Both the position numbers and the translations under genes were made by a program. The notes beneath the pieces are model-generated. The model had not been told where the DNA came from. It worked only from the letters and a program-made list of their open reading frames with translations, and ran no database searches. Shown here piece by piece: positions 30,806-40,010 of a stretch of DNA of 64,000 nt (position 1 is the stretch's first letter; every line of letters starts with the position of its first letter). Source of the DNA: Thiotrichaceae bacterium UBA7357 (GTDB lineage Bacteria; Pseudomonadota; Gammaproteobacteria; Eutrophobiales; Eutrophobiaceae); assembly GCA_002470825.1 (NCBI GenBank), contig DKOR01000014.1, positions 7,021 through 71,020 on the forward strand, written 5' to 3'.

Positions 30806-32809
30806 ATGAATAAGATAAGAAAAGAAACAGATCTGAATACGCATTCATATTCTCAAAGGGATATCAATCAAGCATGGGATACTTTCAACTCATCGGGAGG
30901 AAAATCAAAAAATCTGACTGTGCGTGAGTTCATAGCTAGCTCGTGGCAGCGTTGTCTCTCTCAAGGCGTTAACCCTAAACAAACAGCGGCACCACTTCTG
31001 GCTACCGAGGGTAATTTACATATCTTACTCCAGAATAATCACAGTCTTATGAGATGCGCACGGCCAGTAACAACTCAGGCTAGAGTGCTTTTGCGCGATC
31101 TTGAATCCATATTAATTCTAACTGACTATGATGGCGTTATTCTTGATGTTGTTGGAGATCCAGAATGTGTTGAAAACGCTGTTGGAATTGGAATGGTACC
31201 TGGTAGTGGTTGGAAAGAAACTGTCTCCGGTTCAAATGCAGTAGGCACCGCAATAGCGACCGGTCTGCCGACACAAGTTCATGGAGAAGAACACTTTATT
31301 AAAGGTTTTAAGCGTTGGACTTGTACCGCTGGAATCATTAGCGATCCATATGACAATCAATTAGTCGGCGTGATTGATATCTCTGGCCTGTCTGATTCAT
31401 TTGACAAATTTCATGTCCCTCTAGTTGTGTCATGGGCTAACCAAATTCAATTATCGCTTGCTAAAAATACATCTGATCAGTGGAATCTTATTAAAGAGAA
31501 CAGTCAATGTGATTTTAAAAATAGTCATCGAAATAATGGTAAGATATTATTCGATAAACAAGGAAGAGTGATTGACCATTCTCAAAACACTTGCTCGGTA
31601 CTCAAATCTCTTGATATAGAGTATGACCTTTCTCTTAAGACTCGTTTATCACTAGAACGGTTTGGCGGAGACGAAATCATCTACCCCCATGATGCAGGAC
31701 TATGGCTTCTAGATGACTGGATTGAACCTATTAAGGATAAGAATGAAATTATAGGTTTTAAAATAGAACTCCCTATAGGCAACCGCTCCTCAAAACGAAT
31801 AAATATACCTTTTAAGACTCCAGCAATTAACATTGAAGCAGAAGCTTTTGAAAAGATATCTGGACAAAGTGCATCAATTAAAGCCAGTATAGAAAAAGCC
31901 CGCAAAGCAGCTAATACGCCCCTGCCCGTATTGTTATTAGGTGATACCGGTGTAGGAAAAGAAATGTTCGCCCGAGCGATACATGAATCAAGTAAATTCT
32001 CTAACGGTCCATTCATTGACTTAAATTGCGGTGCCTTCACCAGAGATATTTTGAGTAGTGAATTGTTTGGTCATGTCGAAGGTGCCTTCACCGGCGCTAA
32101 AAGAGGCGGCATGATGGGTAAAATTGAAGCTGCTAACGGTGGAACATTATTCCTAGATGAGATTAGTGAGATGCCACTTGATCTCCAACCTGTTTTTCTT
32201 AGGGTACTGCAAGAAAGAAAAATTCATCGTGTTGGTGCTATCGCTCCTATTCCAGTCGACTTTAGACTTATTGCTGCAACAAATAGCTACCTTAAACGAG
32301 AAGTCTCTGAAGGTCGTTTTAGAAAAGATTTATATTTCCGTTTATCGACGGTTGCCATTGGGCTTGATCCCCTATCAGAACGAAAAGATGATATTGAAGA
32401 AATTGCGCAACTTGTTTTAAAAGAAACACGAACTTCTCAAAAAATTATACCTAAACGAATTAGTGCTTCTTTAATCACAGCACTAAAAAATAGAGAATGG
32501 CCTGGCAATATTAGAGAGCTAGTCAATGTGATTGAATGTATGTGTTACATGTCTGCAAATCAAAATCTAACCACTCTAGATTTACCTGCAGGATATAGAC
32601 CGGGTGAATCACTTATTAACGTAGCATCAACTGAGCAAGGTCAGGTCCAAAAGACAAAATCAAGTCTAGATATTGCTGAACAACAAACAATTGAGAATGC
32701 GATTATCGAATTTAGTGGAAACATCACACAAGCTGCAAAACACTTGGGTATAGCGAAGGGAACTTTATATCGTAAGATGAAAAAATATAATTTAAAAAAC
32801 CCACGTTAA
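30806..32809 (+). CDS. sigma-54-dependent transcriptional activator (N-terminal GAF-like sensor, AAA+ sigma-54 interaction domain, C-terminal Fis-type HTH), AcoR/AcxR-like
   Basis: 667 aa with Walker A (GDTGVGKEMFARAIHESS), the GAFTGA sigma-54 contact motif (ELFGHVEGAFTGAKRGG) and a C-terminal HTH (AAKHLGIAKGTLYRKMKKYNL). Confidence 0.9.
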   Translation: MNKIRKETDLNTHSYSQRDINQAWDTFNSSGGKSKNLTVREFIASSWQRCLSQGVNPKQTAAPLLATEGNLHILLQNNHSLMRCARPVTTQARVLLRDLESILILTDYDGVILDVVGDPECVENAVGIGMVPGSGWKETVSGSNAVGTAIATGLPTQVHGEEHFIKGFKRWTCTAGIISDPYDNQLVGVIDISGLSDSFDKFHVPLVVSWANQIQLSLAKNTSDQWNLIKENSQCDFKNSHRNNGKILFDKQGRVIDHSQNTCSVLKSLDIEYDLSLKTRLSLERFGGDEIIYPHDAGLWLLDDWIEPIKDKNEIIGFKIELPIGNRSSKRINIPFKTPAINIEAEAFEKISGQSASIKASIEKARKAANTPLPVLLLGDTGVGKEMFARAIHESSKFSNGPFIDLNCGAFTRDILSSELFGHVEGAFTGAKRGGMMGKIEAANGGTLFLDEISEMPLDLQPVFLRVLQERKIHRVGAIAPIPVDFRLIAATNSYLKREVSEGRFRKDLYFRLSTVAIGLDPLSERKDDIEEIAQLVLKETRTSQKIIPKRISASLITALKNREWPGNIRELVNVIECMCYMSANQNLTTLDLPAGYRPGESLINVASTEQGQVQKTKSSLDIAEQQTIENAIIEFSGNITQAAKHLGIAKGTLYRKMKKYNLKNPR

Positions 32810-32911
32810 AAGAAAGTGATGATGATTTTCATTTCTGTTTTTTTTCAAACTATACAGCAGAGCCAAACTAAATCTTGCAATCTAAAGTAACTACATTTCA
32901 AAATTGTTACA

Positions 32912-33898
32912 TTAATCAATATCAACAAGCACCACTCCGTAAAAACCAGCTTGCTCGACCTTCTGATGTGCGGACGCAATATTTTCTAGACTCTCTCGAT
33001 GAGCAATTCGATGTTGTAACATTTTTCCATCTAGAAGATCGGTGATGTCTTCAATTGCATCATACTTTGCTATCTCAGGCATTGCATAGACTAAGACCAT
33101 GCGTATAGTTAAATCCTGAAATAACATTCTTCTAAAAGGTAATGTAGGTTCTGCCACTTGCATTGAGGCATAGGTTGCTATCGTTGCACTCGTAGCGGCG
33201 ACATCGAGTAATATAGGCAAATTACCACCAAACTCTCCATCGACAATACGTTCTACCCCATTACCTTCAGTTAACTCAGCTACGGTACTCAGTAAGTCTT
33301 CTCCTTGATGAGAACAAACAGCATCGGCACCTGCAGCATAACAATGCGCTTCTGCTGCAGGATTACCAGCAGTCGCTATGACTGTTGCACCGGCATATTT
33401 TGCCCATTGAATAGCATAATGACCGACTCTTCCCGCGCCACCCGTCACAAGAAGAGTTTGACCGTCGACTAATCCATCGGCAAAGACACAGCGATGCGCT
33501 GTCATTGCCGGTATACCCATGCAGGCACCCACCTCAAAATCAACACTGTCGGGTAGCCAAACTGCACGATTCGAATTGACTGTGACATATTCTGCAGCAG
33601 TACCAAAACGTCGACCATACTGAGCTTCATAGACCCATACTCGCTCACCAATTCTTGATGACGGAACACCACGTCCAACCTCTTCAATAATCCCAGCTCC
33701 ATCACTATGGGGAATAATAAACCCATCTTTTAGTAGATCAGGGAAAGCCCCGTTGCGTTTTTTTACATCTGAAGGATTTACCGCTGAACAATTCAGACGA
33801 ACGAGTACCTCTCCATGGATTGGCATAGGTTGGTCAAGCTCCATGATCTCCAACACTTTATCTGCTGGGCCCATGGTTTTGAATGCAGCTGCCTTCAT
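32912..33898 (-). CDS. MDR-superfamily NAD(P)H-dependent oxidoreductase (quinone oxidoreductase / alcohol dehydrogenase-like)
   Basis: 328 aa with a GroES-like N-terminal domain and a Rossmann domain (TGGAGRVGHYAIQWAK). It is the last gene of the ketone-carboxylase operon. Confidence 0.8.
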   Translation of the reverse strand: MKAAAFKTMGPADKVLEIMELDQPMPIHGEVLVRLNCSAVNPSDVKKRNGAFPDLLKDGFIIPHSDGAGIIEEVGRGVPSSRIGERVWVYEAQYGRRFGTAAEYVTVNSNRAVWLPDSVDFEVGACMGIPAMTAHRCVFADGLVDGQTLLVTGGAGRVGHYAIQWAKYAGATVIATAGNPAAEAHCYAAGADAVCSHQGEDLLSTVAELTEGNGVERIVDGEFGGNLPILLDVAATSATIATYASMQVAEPTLPFRRMLFQDLTIRMVLVYAMPEIAKYDAIEDITDLLDGKMLQHRIAHRESLENIASAHQKVEQAGFYGVVLVDID

Positions 33899-33935
33899 TG
33901 AATATCTCTCATTAATTTTATAATCCCGTTAACTT

Positions 33936-35201
33936 TTACTGAATTCGACGCAAAACAGATACACAATTTGTGACACCTGAGCCGCCAATATTAACTGTCA
34001 TTGCGAGTTCCGGCTGTCCTTTTACTGCCACTCCAATGGGTGTGCCCGTTAACTGTTTATACATAAGTGCATGCATTGATGCACCTGTTGCACCAACGGG
34101 GTGTCCTTTAGATTTAAGTCCTCCTGAAAGGTTTATTGGACACTCACTATCAGCATCATATTTCCCTTCCATAAAATCATGTCCCGCACGACCTTGCTCT
34201 GATAAACCCATTGCTTCTACACATAGCATTTGATTAATAGTAAAACAATCATGAACTTCAGCCATGTCAATATCTGTCACCTGCACTCCAGCCTCAGCAC
34301 AAGCTTGTTGCACACCATGTTTCGCTGCTTGAAGTTCATGCAGTGTCTCTTTACGTTCACTCATCATCATTCGTTGCGTCACATGTCCTATCCCTGAAAG
34401 TTCAACAGCGTGTTTAAAGTTTGCTTTGGCATTATCAGTTGATGTGAGTACGACAGCTGCTGCGCCATCCGAAATTAATGAACAATCATGCAGTCGTAAC
34501 GGCGGAGCAATCAATGGATTACTACCTTTACCTGAATCAGGTAAATCAAGAATTGCTTTTGCAGAGAGCAGTTGCTTTTTATCGGGTAAACTACCCGGCC
34601 CAAAGTGGGCCAAAGGATTTTGAATACCATTACGATAATTTTGCGCAGCGACATGGGCAAACATAGTACGCAGTTTTTCATCACTCAGACCATGCTTTGT
34701 TTGATATGCCTTAGCAAGTTCTCCAAACAATCCTGGAAAAGTAACGCCGATAGAACCTTCATCAGGCCAATATGAACTACACGCCAACGCATGCGTTACA
34801 CCTTTCGTATCAAGCAGACTCATCTTCTCCACACCAAGAGCGAGTACATTTTTAAATCGTCCACTAGCAACAGCATAGGCTGCGTTATAAATAGCTATCG
34901 AAGATGTTGCACAAGCCCCTTCTGTTCTTGTTGTTGGCTTATAAAGTAAACCCTTAGGGTCTATTTCTAGAGCCAGTGGGCCAACATGTTCCTGGTTGAC
35001 AAACAATGAAGGTGAACATGAGCCCAACCAAATAGCATCAATATCCTTTGCTTCTAGACCGGCATCGGCAATCGCACCGGCACCCGCTTCTACTATCAGT
35101 TCATAGAATGATTTTAAATCTTCTACTTTACCCGTCTCTCTATCACGCTTAACAAATGCACCAAACTGAGTGTTGTGTGCACCAACTATACTAATCTCCA
35201 T
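33936..35201 (-). CDS. thiolase-family protein (SCP-x / lipid-transfer-protein type 3-ketoacyl-CoA thiolase)
   Basis: 421 aa thiolase-fold sequence with an N-terminal catalytic Cys region (EGACATSSIAI) and the C-terminal thiolase domain. Confidence 0.75.
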   Translation of the reverse strand: MEISIVGAHNTQFGAFVKRDRETGKVEDLKSFYELIVEAGAGAIADAGLEAKDIDAIWLGSCSPSLFVNQEHVGPLALEIDPKGLLYKPTTRTEGACATSSIAIYNAAYAVASGRFKNVLALGVEKMSLLDTKGVTHALACSSYWPDEGSIGVTFPGLFGELAKAYQTKHGLSDEKLRTMFAHVAAQNYRNGIQNPLAHFGPGSLPDKKQLLSAKAILDLPDSGKGSNPLIAPPLRLHDCSLISDGAAAVVLTSTDNAKANFKHAVELSGIGHVTQRMMMSERKETLHELQAAKHGVQQACAEAGVQVTDIDMAEVHDCFTINQMLCVEAMGLSEQGRAGHDFMEGKYDADSECPINLSGGLKSKGHPVGATGASMHALMYKQLTGTPIGVAVKGQPELAMTVNIGGSGVTNCVSVLRRIQ

Positions 35202-35260
35202 TGAGCTACCCTCTCCACCTAGAACAGTGAATTAAAAATATGAAAAATAAAAATTTGAAT

Positions 35261-36826
35261 CTATATTTTACGACCAACTTTTTCCCAAAAATATTTACGG
35301 ACTTCTTTTTTTAATACTTTACCTACTGGGCTACGTGGTAGCTCATCCCAAATCAATATTTCTTTAGGTGACTTAACACTACCTAACTTCAGTTTACAAA
35401 GTGCAATAATTTCTTGTGTATCTAGTTTAACTTTTGGGTCTTTTAACTCAACTACAGCTGTGACTTGCTCACCCCATTTTTCATCCGGAATACCTATAAC
35501 ACAACAGTCTTTTATTGACGAGTGCCCCCAAATGAGTTGTTCAATCTCTCCTGGATAAACATTAAAACCACCCGATATAATCATGTCGCGTTTACGATCA
35601 ACTATCGTTAAATATCCTTCATTATCAAAGATGCCAACATCGCCCGTTTTCTGCCAACCATTTACACGTATTTCATTTGTTGCTTCTGAGTCATTAAAAT
35701 AACAACGCATTAATAAATCACCTTTAACAGCAATTTCACCCTCCTTCCCGAGAGGAAGAATTTTGTCATCATCATCCAAAATAACCACTTCAATTTGTGG
35801 TGCAATTTTACCACAGGACCGAATCTTGTAAAAATCATCCATTTCAACCGCATCCACGTGATCTTCAGCAGATAAAAAGGTACAAACCATTGGTGACTCT
35901 GCTTGCCCATAAGTTTGAACCATCACGGGACCGAAAACATCAATAGCCTCTTTAAGTTTTTCTACTGACATTGGTGCAGCGGCATACCAAAAGTAACGTA
36001 AACTTGTATAATCATAATTATTCACACCCTTGTGTGCTAACAACATATAAATCGCGGTCGGAGGCAAAAATAAGTGTGTAATTTTGTGTTTTTCGATGAT
36101 AGATAATATAACATCTGGAGTCATACCTTCCATCACTATGATGTTTGAACCTTGTAATATAAGCGCAAATGATGCTACCCCAGCTGCATGTGTAATTGGA
36201 GCGCTAACAAGATAAGAGGAAGCAATATCCGGTATAGGCATTAATTTATTCTGAATCGACACCATTGACTGCCACGTTAAATAACTCCACTCTGCTAATT
36301 TAGAATCACCCGTCGTTCCACCGGTCGGAAATAAGCTTATTAAATCAGGATCATTTCCCCTTATTAGTCTTTCTTCCGCTTGTTCAATGAATTCATTTTT
36401 AAAATTTTGGATGTCAATCCCTGCGATTTTCTTACCCGTAAATGATAAACAATTTTCATTGTTGTATTGAACAACAAGTTGATGATTAGCATCAAGAATA
36501 TCTAAGTCAACAAAAAGCAATCTTGCATTAGATTTTTTAAGCAATTTTAAATTTGCTTCAATGGTATTTCGAAGATTGAGTGGCAACCATATTGCACCTA
36601 TTTCAGAAATGGCAAAGATACAGCAATAAGTTGCAATAGAATTTGGTGCGTAGGTCGCAACAATATCTTGCTGTTTAACGCCCTTTTCTTTTAATTGCAT
36701 GGCAACATGCTGTGCAATATTAAACATTTCTCGATAACTTAGTGAGAAGTCGTTATTGATATCAATAAATTGCGCATCACCTTTACTAAAAGCCGGACTA
36801 TTTTCGAGAAAATCGATAATACGCAT
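35261..36826 (-). CDS. acyl-CoA synthetase (AMP-forming, class I adenylate-forming enzyme)
   Basis: 521 aa with the AMP-binding motif (FPTGGTTGDSKLAEWSY), a Gly-rich linker and the C-terminal conserved Lys region. Confidence 0.85.
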   Translation of the reverse strand: MRIIDFLENSPAFSKGDAQFIDINNDFSLSYREMFNIAQHVAMQLKEKGVKQQDIVATYAPNSIATYCCIFAISEIGAIWLPLNLRNTIEANLKLLKKSNARLLFVDLDILDANHQLVVQYNNENCLSFTGKKIAGIDIQNFKNEFIEQAEERLIRGNDPDLISLFPTGGTTGDSKLAEWSYLTWQSMVSIQNKLMPIPDIASSYLVSAPITHAAGVASFALILQGSNIIVMEGMTPDVILSIIEKHKITHLFLPPTAIYMLLAHKGVNNYDYTSLRYFWYAAAPMSVEKLKEAIDVFGPVMVQTYGQAESPMVCTFLSAEDHVDAVEMDDFYKIRSCGKIAPQIEVVILDDDDKILPLGKEGEIAVKGDLLMRCYFNDSEATNEIRVNGWQKTGDVGIFDNEGYLTIVDRKRDMIISGGFNVYPGEIEQLIWGHSSIKDCCVIGIPDEKWGEQVTAVVELKDPKVKLDTQEIIALCKLKLGSVKSPKEILIWDELPRSPVGKVLKKEVRKYFWEKVGRKI

Positions 36827-36856
36827 TTTGACTCTCGAAAAAGGTTGCTTTAGGTA

Positions 36857-37714
36857 CTAGGCTCTTAAGTTTGAAAGTGTATCAAGAACTAACTCAGGTG
36901 TTGTTTCTTCTGGAATCGTTAGATAATTAAAGCCATTCCCTACTGGGGGAACAGTACTCATCGATTTCCACAATGCTTTAGAAATGTCTTTGCCACATGA
37001 ACTATCAGACACTGAACAAGTAGACGGTACAATAGAAAAATTAACATCCTCCGGAACATTAAAACTAGTATCTGAAAATGGCAAATGTATACCAACTGAC
37101 CAACGATAATGTTTTGCAACATTATAAATAGGTTGATACCAAGATAACTCTTTTGCACTTTCGGGCATTGATTCCGGAACTTCTCGCAATAAAATACCTG
37201 AGAGATTTACTTCACTAAAGTATCTTAGATAGTCAGCAACATACATTGATGCCGTATCGATGTGTGCCTCTTCCGGCGCTACATCAACAGTATTAGCTGC
37301 TTTATTAGCCTTGATGAGCAAAGAACGTGGTGAGGGCATCACTAATACGATGGGCACTGAATCACCGTAATTATTACTTATTGCCGTCAATACTTCTGCT
37401 AGTAATTCACGTGGTCCATATGCTTCTAACATTGCTTTAGCAGCAACTGTAATACGTTTCTTACCTGCCATCGATGGAATCGCTTCTTCATCTTCTAACA
37501 TCCAATGATGAAAAAGATCCCATATATCTATGACGACTACATCTGCGTTTACTAAGCCATGCGCTTGTCCATAAAAAGACATATAAGATGCCGGGTTTGC
37601 CCATGGATTCTCTCCCTCAGCCAATAACAATTTCTTGGTATAGGCGTTGAAATCAATCCAGAGTTTTGGAGTTCCCTCTCCAGCAGATAAATAGTTAACT
37701 AAATCTATCGCCAT
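36857..37714 (-). CDS. hypothetical protein tightly coupled to the carboxylase HyuB-like subunit (candidate accessory/epsilon-like subunit)
   Basis: 285 aa with no recognisable motifs. Its start codon lies 2 nt from the stop of the upstream HyuB-like gene. Confidence 0.5.
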   Translation of the reverse strand: MAIDLVNYLSAGEGTPKLWIDFNAYTKKLLLAEGENPWANPASYMSFYGQAHGLVNADVVVIDIWDLFHHWMLEDEEAIPSMAGKKRITVAAKAMLEAYGPRELLAEVLTAISNNYGDSVPIVLVMPSPRSLLIKANKAANTVDVAPEEAHIDTASMYVADYLRYFSEVNLSGILLREVPESMPESAKELSWYQPIYNVAKHYRWSVGIHLPFSDTSFNVPEDVNFSIVPSTCSVSDSSCGKDISKALWKSMSTVPPVGNGFNYLTIPEETTPELVLDTLSNLRA

Positions 37715-37716
37715 AC

Positions 37717-39996
37717 TTAGGTACGTTTATCCTTAGCTTCTATACCAGAAGCTTTTCTAACCTCTTCAAGCTCTTCTTCGAGCTTTCTAATTTCCACATC
37801 TTTAGGATGTTCAAAGTAAACCGCACCAGGGTTATTAGGATCACGTTTGTCATCATTGCTGCCTGCATAGACAAAGCTCAAATCACTATTCCATGAACCA
37901 TAGAAAGGAATGTCTTTTGGAGGCACATCCTTGACATGCTTCTTAATAAATTCAGCATAGGGTACGCCCTGTTTCTTACGCTGTTCTCTATAAGCATCAC
38001 GCAACTTTTTGGTTGCTGCTTCATCAACGATTAAAGTTTCGTCATCAAACTCGACCTTATAAAGTTTCCTCACCCAATCACGTGTTGTTAAATTTTCTTC
38101 TATATCTTTAATAGCTAAAGCCGGATCGCGTTCCAGTGGGTCGCCGTAACCACCGCCAGAACCTTGAGAGATCATGTACAACTCACCACGTTTAGAGATA
38201 GAGAAGCCCATACCCATATGATGCGACGTATAGTTTGCATCTTCATAGGGCCGTTCATTCATGGTTTCTTCTATTGAATGTTTAAATTTTTCTGGGTTTT
38301 TAAGCATCTCTTCATAAACATCGACACCTGTTACTTTACATAATGGGTATGCGCCCGGAGCATAGCCACCAAACAAACCTGACAAAGGCGGTACTTTTGA
38401 TCCAACACAGGTGGTCATGAAACCCCACTGATCACTATCTTTGGTTGCAACCATTTGTGTATAACCCATACCACCACGATATTTACCAGGTGCTTGTGTA
38501 TTCCTAGTCATTTTTTTCGATACTAACTGCAAGAAAGGTACATCTTCTTCGTTCATCTCTTGCTCACCGATATCTGCCATGGATGCAAAAATTGGTGCTA
38601 AAGCATGTTCTCCATCCAAGTCCATACGAGCACCACCGCCCATACCATTTAAATCCGCACAAAGGTTACCAAGCATTTCACCATGTTGACTAACGCCACC
38701 CCAAATGTATGTACAGATCATGTTAAACCACGGTGCTACAACACGTGTATATTTAACCGGTACGCTATACAGAAATTTCGCAGCCGCTTGTTGGGCGATA
38801 GTGAATGAAAGAAAGATCGACATCAAACTCTGGGAGTTTGGCGCATTCACGCTACCATCAACAATAGAACAAGGTGGCGTTACCACTTCAATTGGGGCAA
38901 AACCCGCCTGACCACGTGGTAAATCTGGCCAGATATGATTCAAGAACGCTTGAGACATCATGCCTTTACAACCAGGTAATGCGGTATTTATAGCGCGGTT
39001 AGTGATCTCTGGGCTAGATCCTCTTAGGTCGAATATCAAACGATCACCTTTTTTGGTGAGGATACAATTTAATTTTATCAATGCATTTTCGCGTAAGGTA
39101 CTATCCATTGTACAGTAGGTACGGACCGTCATATCTGGCCATTCTTTAATACGGCGTCGTACTTCAGCCATGACGTTATCATTGGTACTACGTAGACATG
39201 CTGTTAACGCTTGAGGTCCGTCTATTGCCAATACTTCCCTAATGCGTTTTTCAAGACGCATACAAGCAAAAAGTTTTACCTTCATGTCTTCATACTGCAG
39301 CTTTGGCTCACGAACCGAGTTTTGCAAAAATGTCAGAAGATCCTTTTTCAGTTCATAGTTCTCGACAACTCTGAAAGGCGACATCTTCAAACCTTCATCA
39401 AATGGGCTTTCAGCCATTGATGGCATTCCACCTGGCTCGATAGCGCCGTTCTCACCTTCATGCACTGTAGAAGCGACCCAGCAAACCAGTTCACCTTCAT
39501 GGAAGATTGGCATGATCATACTTTGGTCAGTGTTATGTACATTCCCATAACGTGAGTCATTGTGAATAAAACCATCACCTTGTCTCAAACCAACTGTTGG
39601 TTCATTAATCCAGTTTTTAATAATAAATTTTATTGGATGATGCACCAGTACAGAGAAGATAAGTACGCCACCAGCACTACCAATGGTCAAATCACCCGAG
39701 GCAGAGTAGATACCGGTAATGACGTCACCCCATTTTGCACCTGGAGCCGCACCCATTTGTTCAAGCATTTCATAACTTTCGTCGCAAGCCGATTGCATAC
39801 GGTCACGTATCGAAGCCATTTGGTGTGGGTCAGTAAACTTCTTTACACTTTCGGCTTCATAATCTGTAATCGGCATGATGTCATGCGATTTCATTATTTC
39901 CGGATCAGGTCCGAGGAATAAAGTCGTTTCTTTAAGGAATTTTGCAACTAATTCTTTATCTTCAAGAACAGCTTCTGCGCTAAGTTTATCGTTCAT
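37717..39996 (-). CDS. hydantoinase B/oxoprolinase-family subunit of an ATP-dependent ketone carboxylase (acetone/acetophenone carboxylase alpha-type)
   Basis: 759 aa HyuB-family protein. Its size and family match AcxB/Apc HyuB-type subunits. Confidence 0.9.
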   Translation of the reverse strand: MNDKLSAEAVLEDKELVAKFLKETTLFLGPDPEIMKSHDIMPITDYEAESVKKFTDPHQMASIRDRMQSACDESYEMLEQMGAAPGAKWGDVITGIYSASGDLTIGSAGGVLIFSVLVHHPIKFIIKNWINEPTVGLRQGDGFIHNDSRYGNVHNTDQSMIMPIFHEGELVCWVASTVHEGENGAIEPGGMPSMAESPFDEGLKMSPFRVVENYELKKDLLTFLQNSVREPKLQYEDMKVKLFACMRLEKRIREVLAIDGPQALTACLRSTNDNVMAEVRRRIKEWPDMTVRTYCTMDSTLRENALIKLNCILTKKGDRLIFDLRGSSPEITNRAINTALPGCKGMMSQAFLNHIWPDLPRGQAGFAPIEVVTPPCSIVDGSVNAPNSQSLMSIFLSFTIAQQAAAKFLYSVPVKYTRVVAPWFNMICTYIWGGVSQHGEMLGNLCADLNGMGGGARMDLDGEHALAPIFASMADIGEQEMNEEDVPFLQLVSKKMTRNTQAPGKYRGGMGYTQMVATKDSDQWGFMTTCVGSKVPPLSGLFGGYAPGAYPLCKVTGVDVYEEMLKNPEKFKHSIEETMNERPYEDANYTSHHMGMGFSISKRGELYMISQGSGGGYGDPLERDPALAIKDIEENLTTRDWVRKLYKVEFDDETLIVDEAATKKLRDAYREQRKKQGVPYAEFIKKHVKDVPPKDIPFYGSWNSDLSFVYAGSNDDKRDPNNPGAVYFEHPKDVEIRKLEEELEEVRKASGIEAKDKRT

Positions 39997-40010
39997 AATA
40001 TATTACCCCG

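Noticed and set aside
32810-32911. T8 run after the sigma-54 regulator gene as an intrinsic terminator
   Set aside because: The preceding sequence forms at best a 4-bp stem. It cannot be supported as a terminator.
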